Shown here: positions 1-13,949 of the stretch, piece by piece
How positions within the stretch are numbered: position 1 is the first letter of the stretch
How the letters are laid out: every line of letters begins with the position of its first letter
NCBI GenBank assembly: GCA_040954595.2
Contig: CM082597.2
Location: forward strand, 6,081,244 to 6,145,243
Reading direction: 5' to 3'
Source of the DNA: Balanoglossus misakiensis
Lineage: Eukaryota; Animalia; Hemichordata
DNA: 64,000 bases
Program-made: the position numbers and the translations under genes
The notes under the pieces: model-generated
What the model saw: only the letters and a program-made list of their open reading frames with translations
What the model was told of the DNA's origin: nothing
Database searches by the model: none

Positions 1-2352
1 GTCCTAACCAGGTTACGTCAAGCTGGATTGAAATTAAAACCCAGCAAATGTCAATTTATGAGAAAGAGTGTTAAATTTTTGGGTCATATTATCAGTAAGG
101 ATGGAATTGCGGTTGATGAGAGTAAAGTAACAGCTGTTAAAGAATATCCCCGTCCTCATACTGTCACACAGCTGAAATCATTTTTGGGGTTGGCCAATTA
201 TTATAGAAAGTTTATAAAGAATTTCTCGATCATTGCAAGGCCTCTGCATAAATTGTTGGGAAAGGACACGAAATTTGAATGGGATGATCGATGCGAACAT
301 GCATTTGAGAAATTAAAACATGTCCTGTGTCAAGCACCAATTCTAGGGTATCCTGATATGAATGAAAATTTCATAATTTATACCGATAGTTCCACCCTTG
401 CCCTGGGGTTTGTTTTAGCTCAACGACAGAATGGTGTTGAACGAGTGATTTTATATGGGGGTCGAAGTTTAAACTGTCACGAAAGAAATTACTCAATTAC
501 AGAATTGGAAGCTTTGGCCGTCATTCATGCTATCCGACAATGTGATCACTATGTACGGAGCAACCATGTCACTATAGTGACTGATCACTCCAATCTGACT
601 TACATGTTTAAACAGAAAATACCAAGGGGGCGTATTGGCCGTTGGATAATGACCATGCAGCAGTACGATTACGAAATTATCTATAGACCTGGTAAGAAAC
701 ACATGAATGCTGACGGGTTGTCAAGGGGACCATATCAACAATGTGAGGGGTACAAGTCCGACGTCACTGATTTAGAGCATGCGCCTGAAATGAATTACAA
801 GCCTAACAGTCAGTTTCCAATGGTAGATAAGTGTGTAAACACTGAGCCCATAAACTCACCTTGTATAAATAATATACATACAGGGCAACAAACCGAACCT
901 GAGGTTCATAATTCTGCTAATAGTGAGGACACATCTGGGTATGGGATTTTACTTAACAGTTCTAACGACACTTCTAACACTGACGTGGAGGAAAATGCTT
1001 CCAACACTGAAGTGGATAAAACATTCGACAGTGAGGTGCAATCACGAATGAAGGGAGAACAGAAAAAGGATGATTATTTGAATAAATTTCTTAATTATTT
1101 AGAGAATAATGAGTTACCAACTGATCAAAAGTTAGCTCGTAAATTTGTTAGTATGGCTCCAAATTATGACATTGTTGACGGGGTTTTGTATCATTTTTGG
1201 AAACCTACGGGGAAATCAGCTGGTAAATTAGATTGTGTTAGACAGGTTGTGATACCTAAGTCCTTAAGAAATTATGTTCTGCGGTGGGCTCATGATTGTG
1301 TTTTAGCGGGACATTTGGGATACACTAAAACGTTGGGAGTTTTAAGACAGAGGTATTTTTGGGAAAGGATGCCCCGGGATGTTAATATGTACGTAAAGAC
1401 ATGCGCACATTGTCACACACGAAAGAGAGCCACACCCCCTACTCATGCTAAGTTGTTACCTATTCCAGTATCAGGACCCTGGGACCGACTGGATATGGAT
1501 ATTGTGGGACCCCTCCCTAGAACGTATGATGGTCATAAATACATCTTAGTACTTACTGATTACTTTACTAAATTTCCACTAGCATATCCATTACGTAATG
1601 CAAGAGCTGAGACAGTCGCTAAGATCTTGTTTGATGAAGTAATTGCTACTTATGGCAGCCCCAGAGTTTTGCTGAGTGATCAGGGATCGAATTTTTTATC
1701 CCAAGTAGTTCGTGAAACTTGCAAATTTTTCAACATCCAGAGGAAAGTTTCGACCCCTTATCGTCCACAGACTAATGGCCTTACAGAGCGTTTCAATGGT
1801 TGCCTAGTCGACATGCTGTCCATGTTTGTCGATAGTAAACAGAAAGATTGGGATCGGTACCTAAGTTCAGTGCTTTTCGCTTATAGAGTTAGCCCTCAAG
1901 AGTCCAGTGGGTTCAGTCCTTATTATCTGTTATATGGTCGGCATCCCACATTGCCCATGGATGTTGAATTCCAGCCAGTTGAGGGGAGGACGAGAAATAT
2001 AGATACACACCTTAAACATTTAGCTGCTAAAAGGGAGATAGCTCATAAAATCGCCAAAGAGAATATAGATCGATATCAACAGAATATGAAGGACCGTTAT
2101 GATCAAAATATCCAACGGTCACAAAATCTTAAAGTGGGGGATCCTGTATATTTATACACACCATCTGTTAAACCAGGAGTTAATAAGAAATTCGTACATA
2201 AGTGGACAGGTCCTTACATTATTTCTGAGAAGGTGGGTCCTGTTAATTATAAGTTGCGTTTCATAAATAGCACCAGGAATTATCGTAAGGTCATTCATGT
2301 AAATAGACTAAAAAGAGCTTATTTGCGGCCCTCAGAGTTTGAATCATCCTAA
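1..2352 (+). mobile_element. Ty3/Gypsy LTR retrotransposon pol (C-terminal RT, RNase H, integrase); 5' end outside the window
   Basis: ORF 28..2352 has RT C-terminus (KCQF..VKFLGHII), RNase H (YTDSS, ELEALA, TDH), integrase zinc finger (AHD..GHLG..CAHC), DDE core (MDIVG/SDQG/TERFN) and GPY motif (WTGPY). RT-RH-IN order is Gypsy-type. Confidence 0.97.
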
Positions 2353-2772
2353 TCTGATGAGTCGGGTGACGAAAACAATGTCCCAGAAACCACAAATTAT
2401 GAAAATGGGACCGAAATACGTCAAAGTCCAGAAGCAGAAACATATGTAGAATCAGAAAATGGTTCTGATCAAATTGAGGGATTGGGATTGAGAGATTTGT
2501 CGTCAAGGACAAATCCCAGTGCTTTCGATGAAACTGACAACAATGGAAATTGTCAGACTAATGTTTCTGAGCCATTTTACGATATAGACAATGTGTTAAA
2601 GGGTCGATATAGAAATGGGAAATTACAGTATTTGGTTAAGTGGAAGAATTATTCAAACAAACATAATACGTGGGAGGATGAAGACAATTTGAATGAAACT
2701 GCGAAAGAGTATTTGATAAGAAATCCTGTAAAGATACAAGGGAAACAGGTTATAGCACATTTGCACATTTAA
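2353..2772 (+). CDS. In-frame continuation of Gypsy pol ending in a chromodomain, separated from the integrase by one TAA (2350-2352)
   Basis: The frame stays open after the TAA (SDESGDENNVPE...) to 2772. FYDIDNVLKGRYRNGKLQYLVKWKNYSNKHNTWEDEDNL is a typical chromodomain (YLVKW, TWE). Confidence 0.85.
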   Translation, partial: SDESGDENNVPETTNYENGTEIRQSPEAETYVESENGSDQIEGLGLRDLSSRTNPSAFDETDNNGNCQTNVSEPFYDIDNVLKGRYRNGKLQYLVKWKNYSNKHNTWEDEDNLNETAKEYLIRNPVKIQGKQVIAHLHI

Positions 2773-2799
2773 ATCTATGGACAGAGAAATATATGCGTA

Positions 2800-3045
2800 A
2801 CAGAAAAAAACGGAAAAGGGAGACACGTGGTTGAGTGAATTGAAAATGTGAATATGACTGAGAGGTATGAGTGTTGGCCGGCCTGTATGAGTGAGTGTAC
2901 GATTGGCGTGTCCCTTGATTCGTTTAATGTTACGTAAGTTGTCGAATGACATTTTATTATCCGTTGTTTGCTGAGTTTAGTTGTAAGAGCTGTGCAACCT
3001 GGTTCCCGTGTCACTATATCTGATTCACGTTCATTTATTGTCCAG
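2800..3045 (+). repeat. Polypurine tract and probable start of the Gypsy 3' LTR
   Basis: Purine run agaaaaaaacggaaaagggaga at ~2801-2823, directly after the pol/chromodomain stop. LTR ends cannot be confirmed because the 5' LTR is outside the window. Confidence 0.45.
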
Positions 3046-3435
3046 AACTACTCCAGTACATCAAATACGCCCAGTAAAGTACATGAGGAAGGGAACAAAC
3101 TCAGTAGCCTGAGGTACTCCCATCTCCCGTTAGATTATTCTCCCCCAACTTTGGAAACAAGGTTGTCTTATAATTACTTTTCTCAAGGCGTGGTTAACCA
3201 TGTAAAATATCACAAATACAATGTGTTACAATTTCATTGGGCATCAGTCAACTCTATACGTACCAATTTACATAAAGTGTTATATAACAAAGTCAGTTCG
3301 GTGATGATTGACAACCACAGCAGTCAGTTAAACACCCGCTCTCCCTATCTACTTCAAATACATAAAATCAAATTCTATCAAACATTGTCATTTCAGAGCT
3401 CTTGATTAATTGACCCTTGAAATCGTATTTGACCT

Positions 3436-4011
3436 TTATACAGATCGTAACACTGTGCGTAAAGTTTCCATTTTGAAATGATCTTTTCTCAAGAAGAAAT
3501 TTAAGGGACGGAGATTTAGCACTGGACGAAAACCTCCGGATTTTTTTGGAACAATGAACAGATGACTGTAGAAACCGTTTTGAGCCAAATTCTGTGGGAC
3601 CATTTCGATGGCCCTCTTGCTTAATAGCACAGATATTTCCTCCCTTATGCAATTTGCTTGCGCTTTGCTTTGAGGACAGGGGGTTTCCTTTACACCCTTG
3701 GAAAGTGGAGGTTGTGATAGAAATTCTAGTTTGTAACCCTCCTTTATTACATCTAGCACCCAAGCGTCCTGTGTTATGGATTGCCATTCCTTTTGAAAAT
3801 ATCCTAGTCTTCCCCCCACCGGAATATTTGGTAAGGGAAGTGTTTGAAAGTCATTGTTTCTCACCAAATTTGAAGGAATTGCCAGCTTGAGGGGTTTTAA
3901 ATTCCCCAGCCTTGGGTTTGGGTGAGCTATAGTTGCGAAAATACCTGTTTGGTTTGGTATTTTGAGATCTAGGGTTCTCTCTTTGACCTTTTCCCTGGTG
4001 AAAAGGGTCAA
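3436..4011 (-). pseudogene. DIRS1-like (tyrosine-recombinase retrotransposon) reverse transcriptase N-terminus, truncated
   Basis: PVGGRLGYFQKEW..WVLDVIKEGYKLEF..GFYSHLFIVPKKSGGFRPVLNLRPLN..HFKMETL is the characteristic DIRS RT start. It breaks off before the catalytic aspartates. Confidence 0.9.
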
Positions 4012-4099
4012 GACTCATCAACTTTTGTGGGGGCTCATTACTCGTGGCCCGTTGTCAGTATAGGGCAAAGTTGATCGATTTGAAGACCCCAGAGGTTGT

Positions 4100-5469
4100 A
4101 CGCGCATCTTTTAACCTCTATGCACTCTTGTGAGTGAGTTCAGAAAATTTCCCCCCGAACAGATCTGGGCCATGGGTGGGAATTTTCTTTAGCTCGGTTT
4201 TGATTCCTTCATCAGTGATTTTGAGTTCATCAAGGAAAAGATCCGACGAAACAACGTGCATCTGGTTGAGGCTCTTACTGATAAATCCTCAATCTTAACC
4301 AACGCTTTTGCAATTTCTTCAGCTATTGCTGCTATATATTCATCTGATGATGGTATGTCTCCATGCAGCATTTTAATGAGACCTGAAAACATTAAGCTGG
4401 CATGCGACGTCACCCTTAGAGAATGCCTGATAGAAGCATCTACCTGTGTGAACTCTTTATCTATTTTATTAGTCTTAGGGTCAAGTTTCCTTCTGCCCTG
4501 ATTTACAACTGCCATATGAGAAAGTACATCTTGTTCCACACTAGGGACTTTCCCATATTGATCAAAATCCTTGTCCACCCACCGGTATAACATGTCATGA
4601 GATTTCTTGTAAGCAGACAGGTGGGGTAGGCCTTTGTCTGTATTGGCCCAAAGTGAAGCAATTCTCCCATCCATGGGTAGTGCTGGTACTTTAGGTTTCT
4701 TATTACCAGGTAGATTCTTAAAAACCTGATCCAAATAAGAAATTCTCTGCTCTTTTTCCTCCTCTGGAATTTCAATATTGAGAGCTAGAATGAGATTGCT
4801 AAGAACATCTGACATTCTTTTCTCCACCCCTGAGGGGATATCAGTTGAGGAGCACACACTTTGTTTGTCACTTTCCTCCTCATTCTCAAAGCTTTCATAA
4901 GGTTCTGTTAGGTTGGACTCTACAGGACGTCCTAACCCTAACATCACTGGGTTACTCTGCTGAGTAGATTGGCTTTCCTGCTGGTTTTCCCTCCAACTAC
5001 GTTTAGGAGAGCCAAATTCAGAGGGAGTGGTAATATCTAGTACATCTTCACTCCTGCTGGTACCCGGGGTTTCCTCGGCCCGGTTGTCAACACGACCCAA
5101 TGTATTTCTATTGGTTTCCGCCATATTGGGCGCGTTACTTTTGGCGGGAAAATTGGCGGCTCCAACGCCTGACAGAGATTGTTGTTCAATTTGAGCAGAA
5201 AGTTTACCTAACAATTCCAAAATCGGAGCAACCTTGCTATCTATCATTTCACCTACCTTCTCTTCCGAAACCAACTTTGGTTTTGATGAGGCAGGCTTTG
5301 ATTTAGAGCGGGAGATTGCCTTCTGGGTTTCCGTCCCAGGGGCATTTCCCTTCTTTACGCTGCCTTTAGTGACCTTGTCGGTCTTCACAGAATCATCACT
5401 TTGAACATCAGCTCCACGGTCATTAGACCCTGATGTAGTGGTTTCAGAAGCTAATAGATCTGACTCCAT
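4100..5469 (-). pseudogene. DIRS1-like gag ORF, frameshifted near 4235
   Basis: 426-aa ORF directly upstream of the DIRS RT. An alternate frame after ~4235 reads FLDELKITDEGIKTELKKIPTHGPDLFGGKFS, which includes the LFG motif usual at the end of DIRS gag. Confidence 0.75.
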
Positions 5470-5872
5470 GAGATCAAGTTATCGGCGTCTGTTCAGTTTT
5501 ATTAGGCAATAATAAACAATGTGTGTCATAAAGACTCACGATCTAATGCTGACAACAAGAATAAATCTCGGAAGACCCACACACTGGGTAAACAACTTGA
5601 AAGGCTGATCACACCACAAATGGTACAAACCTACCTCGAAACCCCAAAAAGAGTTATTAGAAGGGAATTATCCCCACTAGAAAGACGGGAAACAGCTAAG
5701 CGAAAATTCGAGACGACATCCAAGATGGCGTCGAGAACATAAACTGAACTAGGACAGTGTCACATGGTCATGGCATGGGTTGGACAGGTCGATTTTCTCG
5801 ACGGGGTAGACAGCTGCTAGAGAACATTAGCCTAATGTATGGTCCTAACAGGTGAGTATAGATGTGCAGGAG

Positions 5873-6045
5873 AATCTCGTGATCTCGACTTACTATCTCG
5901 TGATCTCGACGTAGTATCTCGTGATCTCGGCTTAGTATCTCGTGATCTTGACTTGGTATCTCGTGATCTCAACTTAGTATCTCGAGATAACGAGATAAAT
6001 TTTTATTTCTTGCTTTACAAAATGGCATGAACGGGCTTTCATAGT
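5873..6045. repeat. ~6 copies of a 21-bp unit (atctcgtgatctcgacttagt); probably the end of a non-autonomous DNA transposon
   Basis: Tandem atctcgtgatctc(g/a)actt(a/g)gt units, followed by ...gaacgggctttcata. The array abuts the 5' end of the DIRS element. Confidence 0.8.
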
Positions 6046-7499
6046 GTGGGTTTTGGCCAATCAGAATTTAAATTGTGGAACAGCATGTATCCCACCGACC
6101 CCACCTCAGACCATCGTGGTACACTTTTTTGGTGCTCTAATCAACTGTTCACATCTCTCTCTGTCGGCCGATGACTTCGGAAATCTACTGAAATGATACT
6201 ACGGAAAATTTAACACCACTTAACAATAAAGCTTATGTAGCGTTCATGGACTCTGTGGGTGCGCGCACGACCTTGTCATGCGTGTGATGCAGACGACATG
6301 AACCTTTATATACATGGGTGTGAAACGCACAAATAACCCAACACACAGTATGTCTATCACATATTGAGGGACTCTGCCCGACACTAGTTTTCTCCATCTT
6401 CCAAAACATAAACTATGTAATCGCATGGTACTCTTCCAATCAGATTAAAATCAGATGTACTGTTGGGCACTGTTTTTACCTTTGCTGATACTCGACTGTT
6501 CTGTTTGGAAGGGACACCCGCACTAGTGGTGTGGTGTGGCACGTACACCGAGAACAGCCTAGACAGAGAACAGAACAGCCAATGACAGCACACAGGGGCC
6601 TTACTTTACATCTGAATTTAATCAGATTGGGCACTCTCCTGTTTCTACACACTTTTGTTCACAGGGTTGTATTTCAGGGAAGGATTTTTTTATATGATAG
6701 AAACTGAATAGGTTTGTTGACTGTTAGCTGCACACTCAGACTGCCCTGCTCGCGCGATACGCCCTCTTTTAGTGAATTCTTCCTACCGCCAAGAAAGCAA
6801 AAAGTAAATGTTACCTCACAGATAGACAAGAAAAAATGGGCTCAGAAAACGGTTTGACATTTTCAGCCATTTTGTCATCGTACACAACAGGTGCACTATA
6901 CACGAACTATGAATTTATGTGCTTTTTACATATGAAATACAGAAAAGCAATAGCAGATACAACATTTCCCCTGTAAGGAAACACAAGACTGTATTGGAGA
7001 TCAATACAAAGAAGACTCTTACTGAATTGTCTTTGTTTTCCTCTTGCACTGGATAACGTGCATCACCTGAAATTGAGTCATCACTTTTCTTTTCTTCAGC
7101 CATGTCACTTTTTCGCTTTTTCGTTTCTGCAAGAAATATTTAGTTCACTATTGTTAGCTATATTTAGGGGAAATAATCTACATTATTATACATGTACATC
7201 TAGTGCCGAGAACAATAGATTTTGGCGTGCAATAAAAAGCCGTACGGAACGGTACGTACGGAACGCGCGTTAGATAAGCCTTAGTTTCAAGGCGCCCCAA
7301 ACTCACCGTGTACAGGTATGCGTTGTTATGCGGACGGTTTCAAGGCGCCCCCAATCCAACGCACGTGCGCACAAAAAAGAAAGATGGCTGCTCACTGAGT
7401 CAACTGAACGGTTTTCGATCGTTTGTATCAGCATTTTGGGCGTTTTGAAAGCCAAGTAACATGCAACACAAGAACTAACGGAGATGTAAGATGTATAAT

Positions 7500-7635
7500 A
7501 ATAAGGTTATTACGAAAATACCGCAAAGTATGCACGAGGACATTAGCGCAGCGCATCGCCCTCCGCTACACGTCGGGCGATACTTAGCGCTAATGTCCTC
7601 GTGCATACTTTGCGGTATTTTCGTAATAACCTCAT
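7500..7635. repeat. Near-perfect palindrome (hairpin MITE-like)
   Basis: aggttattacgaaaataccgcaaagtatgcacgaggacattagcgc ... gcgctaatgtcctcgtgcatactttgcggtattttcgtaataacct. Confidence 0.85.
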
Positions 7636-9362
7636 ATAACTTGCCTTCAGCAAAATTTGAGAACCAAAATAAGGCTTTTGTATGAGAATATTACCCTATA
7701 GCAAAGATCACTGTCAGCATAGCCCATAATGCTGTTAGGATTTGTAAACTTACTCACCAGCTATGCTTACGCAGGTATGAGTATTGTTTTCCTTGCTAAG
7801 ACCTCCGTCAAAGTGATTAGTGAATTGTGTTGGTGTGCAATATGTACACCAGCAGTTTGATGTCACCGTACATGCAAGCCAAAAAAGTGGGCTGGGCCAG
7901 TGTTTCGTGCTCATTTTATGCCCATATATGGTAAGCAGCCGAACAGCCAAATCCGTCTGGGCACGAATTGTAAATTGACAAAGTAAACAGTACACAATTG
8001 ATGTTATCGAGTAGAAAACTCGATAACATAATTTATTTAAATAATTCATTCTAACCTGGCAAGTTTCCACACAGAAAGTTAGGTTAATCAAACTGATTGA
8101 ATCCTGTTTGTTCTGATTTTTTTCTGCAAATACAGGCTTTCAGCACCTTTACCTGGATATTTCAACTTGGCTGACCAACGTGGATGTAATAGATCACTGC
8201 CGAAAATGGCGGAGTGGCCTTCTTCCTCATTAGAAACTCTCCTAGTGTTTTCACAAACTGCTACAACTGCTTCCAGGATAATAATATAGATAACCGCTCT
8301 AATGTTGAGTGCTGGAGTTGTCCATCTGATGATGTGAAAGCCAATCCCCAGTTCATCCATTCATACCTATGTGATGGTAAACTTGCAGAGTAAAGTTGTG
8401 GATATAATTACACATGGCCCAAATGGACGATTTAGCCAAAACACACATATTAAATCTAAACCTGAAAATGCTGTATGTATGGAATTTTGAATTAAATGTT
8501 TGCTGTGGTTTTTGTCATTAGTGTAGTTCAGCAGTGTACCTTAAATTTGCTACGTGTAACTTTTCAAAACTTCACTCAATTGACTTTACAATCATGCCCT
8601 GGGAGAATATCGACTTTACTCAACATAAGAGGCAATCGAAACCCACAATAAAAATAGCTGGGACATTTACAGCCTGCTATTAGCTGCCATGTTTAGCATA
8701 TTTTTTAACAATAAAACACTTCAATTTTCTCTATCGTAAGCCGACAGACGACACGGTCTTAAATTCCGACCTCGATTTGTGAAGATTCTAATGCGCATTT
8801 CGGCATATACCACTGTGAAATTGTTATTGATGTTTTAGCTGCAGGGTTTGGTCAATAAAGTTTGGTGTGTGTCTGCTTACCATTTTTCTCTTCTTTGCTG
8901 ACTATCTGAACTTGTGAAAACACCTTTTCGAATATTCAACAAGTTGTATCTGCAATCTCAAAAAATTGGATGTAACAATGAAAAACAGCTTGTTGGAGAA
9001 AGCCACTGCAGCCAAATACTTTCCCCAGACGTTTGATTTTCATTTGTATATGAACTGTTGTCCCGTCAAGGCCTTCAGCAATCGGTTTTGAAGCAATTGC
9101 TCCATACACACGAGAATTCTTCGCTCTACCATCCGACATGTCATGGATCCTTTCATCCTTTTTAAGTACAAGTATCAATCACATATCCCAATCGATCTAG
9201 TTATTGTCAGGATTGCGAGACACATTCACCGACCTGCTGCATTCCCGGATGTTGGCTATTCGAATCAATGCATTGATTTTGCACACACATGTAATAATAC
9301 AGAATACTGCTTGAGGTGTAGTAAATCGTTCTTTTATGGACTTGAGTTTGTTATGGCCTTAA

Positions 9363-10348
9363 GGTAGTTGGAAAGGCTATTTTTGAAGCAAATTCTCTCA
9401 ATGTTTGTGAATTTATTTTCACAAGTTAGAATAAAGATAATGACTTGAAATTTGCAGCATGTATTCTTAACAAACTCAAAAGTGAGGGAAAAATATGACT
9501 GTAAAAATATCTGCTAAAATTATGAAATTTGATACGCCTAAATATAAATATTCATAATTTTACAAAATATTGATTGAATCTTGACATGTTTTCACAAATT
9601 ATTGAATAATTTGTATTCATTTTAATATTAAGCAACCCCTCCAGCAATGTACGGGACACTTTCAGCATAAACTTATTTTTTTCAAAGTTATCACTCAGGA
9701 AAACACAGTTTTTGTTGATATTTTGTATACAACTTTAACGTGCTGCCAAAACACAACGGGAAAACTTATGAAAAAACTGTCCCGTAAAATTGTTCTTTGG
9801 GATGTCCCGAGCCTTTCCTGAAAGTTTCATGATAAAAAAATTATCTGGCATACCAATTCAATCACAAATAAAAACCATTACATTATGGCGAAGGGCAGAA
9901 AAGTAGCGAAATACGCAAAGTTTAGCGGCAGTTCACGGCGAAGGATCGCATTTATCTGGGTCAAACGCTTTTCCGCTGGCTTTTCGGGTTCCCTAGAAAT
10001 GCAAAAATGTCCATAATTTGGCAGCCTTTAATAAACAAGCAAGGTTATCTATCGTTGAAAATTGCAAGAATCAGTGTTTGCAAGTTACATTTAAATGCCC
10101 TTGGCTAGGGGAACCCGTCCTTGTGCGCATAGCCTAGGAGAAGTCTTCCCCTAGAGGGCGCTCAAATAAGGCTCCCTAGCTTCCTTGCCAGATGTATGAA
10201 ATTAGGTATAATAAAACCAGCCATATCTTGTTACACGTTTATTGCCCCGAATTTTTCATGAGTTTAATTTTTCTCTAATACATTTCTAGATATAAATTCA
10301 GTGTTTTTAAATGAAATTTTAACTGACGCCCTAGCCTTTCCAACTACC
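9363..10348. mobile_element. Non-autonomous Kolobok-type DNA transposon (TTAA TSD, RR termini)
   Basis: TIRs ggtagttggaaaggcta / tagcctttccaactacc, flanked by TTAA on both sides. The empty site with a single TTAA is in duplicate copy 2 (13266-13269). Confidence 0.92.
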
Positions 10349-13300
10349 TTAAGTGTGTGGTTTGGCAAGTAGACATCGTACTCTAAATGCAGATAAAATA
10401 ATTATAAATGGACATTTGAGGAGAGTGACATGTTGTAGAGCAGAACTAGTGTAAGGGTCATATTTTGACAGTAACGGGGTCAAAATTTTCCCATAATCTT
10501 CCCCATAATAACAGAAAGTGTCTTTTTCGCACACTTGTGCAAATGGTATGGTGTCGATCACATCAATACAATTAATGAGAAACTACCGGTGCGCTAAAAC
10601 GACAAATGAATCTGGGGGAAAGTTCAGCTATGGTGTCCATCTGTGTACCCCGAGACGCTTGTAGCTTGTTCAAATAAACACACTGCTTGCAAATCCCCTC
10701 ACGCAAGCCTTATGACATCCTCAAGGATCATTGAGTTTTAAATTTACAGTAATAGCAGCTTGGGTCAGTGTGTAAACAAATCGGATACTGTTTTGACTCC
10801 TAACAGACGCATTTTGAAAAAGAGTTACATTATGAATGTATAGGTGAATATTGCATAGTTAATGTGAACATGGGCATGAATTGCTGGTACAATGTAATTA
10901 CTTTCTTGCATGGTCATAAAATGTACGATAAGAAATTGCCAGACCTTAGCTCACCATGGGCGCGACATTCAGAATTGTTTGTGGTGATTGATAGCTTTCT
11001 TAAGAGTATACTTACAACACTTCACGTATTTTCAGTTGACACTTTATTGATGTTACGAATAATATTGCGGCCATAATTTTCTGGTTAACTCGACAACGTC
11101 AATATATCACAACGACGTTGGTAATAGTACCCTGGTACAACCGTCTCTTATAGTCCGAGGACAGAGTCGTGTGCTTGTATCTGCGTTTCATCATTTCCAG
11201 TCATGCCCAAATTACATTATTCTCTAAATGAGCCATTCAGAATGGAAACAATTTCCAACGTACATTGACCTTCCCCAAATATAATATTGGCATACATGTC
11301 TAAACAATCACCCAAGCCCTGACACAATCCTTCTGTATAAATGTCTCTCTGCAAAACCGGTCAACTGTTGGTTGTCACATGGCCTGATTGTTGCAAGGCA
11401 AGCTTGTAAACAGTATAACGCAGTACACATTCACTCTTGCAAATTTTCTGGTCATGTAACAAGCTAGAGCCGGGATAGGGCCTACATGTTCATACACATT
11501 TGTGTATTCGCAGCACCTGTTACAGACAGAACTTATATCTATGAACAAATGCCCGATAAAAGTCTGTCCACAAATGTCTCCCTTTTTGATGTCACAATCC
11601 ATTAAATATTTAATCCAAATTATTTACGCTGGTCTGCCCTTACGCGCGATTTGGACCAGCTGCCATTTTGAACCCGGCTCAGTAGCAAGAAGTGTAAAAT
11701 CACCAATTGAATTCCAAGGCCAATCTGGCTGACTAAAAAGTTATCAATTACGGCATAAAAAATATCCCATGTTATGATACATGCGGGAAAGATCCCACAC
11801 CACAGAAAGAGGGTTGGGCCAGTGTTTCGTGCTCATTTTATGCCCGTATATGGTAAGCAGCCGAACAGCCAAATCCGTCTGGGCACGAATTGTAAATTGA
11901 CAAAGTAAACAGTACACAATTGATGTTATCGAGTAGAAAACTTGTTAACATAATTAACCTGGCAAGTTTCCACACAAAAATTGGGTTAATCAAACTGATT
12001 GAATCCTGTTTGTTCTGATTTTTTTCTGCAAATACCGGTACAGGCTTTCAGCACCCTTACCTGGACATTTCAATTTGGTTGATCAAAATGGCTGTAATAG
12101 ATCACTGCCGAAAATGGCAAAGCGGCCTTCTTCCTCATTAGAAACTCTCCTAGTGTTTCACAAACTGCTACAACTGCTTCCAGGACAATAATATAGCAGA
12201 CCGCTCTAATGTTGAGTGCTGGAGTTGTCCATCTGATGATGTGAAAGCCAATCCCCAGTTCATCCATTCATACCTATGTGATGGTAAACTTGCAGAGTAA
12301 AGTTGTGGATATAATTACACATGGCCCAAATGGACGATTTAGCCAAAATACACATATTAAATCTAAACCTGAAAATGCTGTATGTATGGAATTTTGAATT
12401 AAATGTTTGCTGTGGTTTTTGTCATTAGTGTAGTTCAGCAGTGTACCTTAAATTTGCTACGTGTAACTTTTCAAAACTTCACTCAATTGACTTTACAATC
12501 ATGCCCTGGGAGAATATCGACTTTACTCAACATAAGAGGCAATCGAAACCCACAATAAAAAATAGCTGGTACATTTACAGCCTGCTATTAGCTGCCATGT
12601 TTAGCATATTTTTTAACAATAAAACACTTCAATTTTCTCTATCGTTAGCCGATGGACGACACAGTCTTGAATTCCGACCTCGGTTTGTGAAGATTCTAAT
12701 GCGCATTTCGACATACCTAGGTAAAATTGTTACTGATGTTTTAGCTGACAGGGTTTGGTCAATAAAGTTTGGTGTGTGTCTGCTTACCATTTTTCTCTTC
12801 TTTGCTGACTATCTGAACTTGTGAAAACACCTTTTCGAATATTCAACAAGTTGTATCTGCAATCGCAAAAAATTTGATGTAACAACGAAAAACAGCTTGT
12901 TGGAGAAAGCCACTGCAGCCAAATACTTTCCCCAGACGTTTGATTTTCATTTGTATATGAACTGTTGTCCCTTCAAGGCCTTCAGCAATCGGTTTTGAAG
13001 CAATTGCTCAATACACACGAGAATTCTTCGCTCTACCATCCGACATGTCATGGATCCTTTCATCCTTTTTAAGTACAAGTATCAATCACATATCCCAATC
13101 GATCTAGTTATTGTCAGGATTGCGAGACACATTCACCGACCTGCTGCATTCCCGGATGTTGGCTATTCGAATCAATGCATTGATTTTGCACACACATGTA
13201 ATAATACAGAATACTGCTTGAGGTGTAGTAAATCGTTCTTTTATGGACTTGAGTTTGTTATGGCCTTAAGTGTGTGGTTTGGCAAGTAGACATCGTACTC

Positions 13301-13949
13301 TAAACGCAGATAAAATAATTATAAATAGACATTTGGGGAGAGTGACAAGCAGAACCAGTGAAAGGCTCATATTTTGACAGTAACGGGGTCAAAATTTTCC
13401 CATAATCTTCCCCATAATAACAGAAAGTGTCTTTTTCGCCCACTTGTGCAAATGGTATGGTGTCGATCACATTAATACAATTGATGAGAAACTACTGTTG
13501 CGGTAAAACGACAAATGAATCTGGGGGAAAGTTCAGCTATGGTGTCCATCTGTGTACCCCCGAGACACTTGTAGCTTGTTCAAATAAACACACTGCTTGC
13601 AAATCCCCTCACGCAAGCCTTATGACATCCTCAAGGATCATTGAGTTTTAAATTTACAGTAATAGCAGCTTGGGTCAGTGTGTAAACAAATCGGATACTG
13701 TTTCGTGACTCCTAACAGACGCATTTTGAAAAAGAGGTACATTATGAATGCATAGTTGAATATCGCATCGATAGTGTGAAAATGGGCATGAATTGCTGGT
13801 AATTACTTTCTTGCATGGTCATAAAATGTACGCTAAGAAATCGCCAGACCTTAGCTCACCATGGGCGCGACATTCAGAATTGTTTGTGGTGATTGATAGC
13901 TTTCTAAAGAGTATACTTACAACACTTCACGTATTTTCAGTTGACACTT

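Noticed and set aside
5873-6000. 21-bp repeats as CRISPR or as a coding repeat (ORF 5839..6030)
   Set aside because: No spacers; it is a simple tandem array at a probable transposon end.
6915-7103. ORF MAEEKKSDDSISG as the first exon of a gene
   Set aside because: No recognisable domain and no downstream exons that I could link to it.
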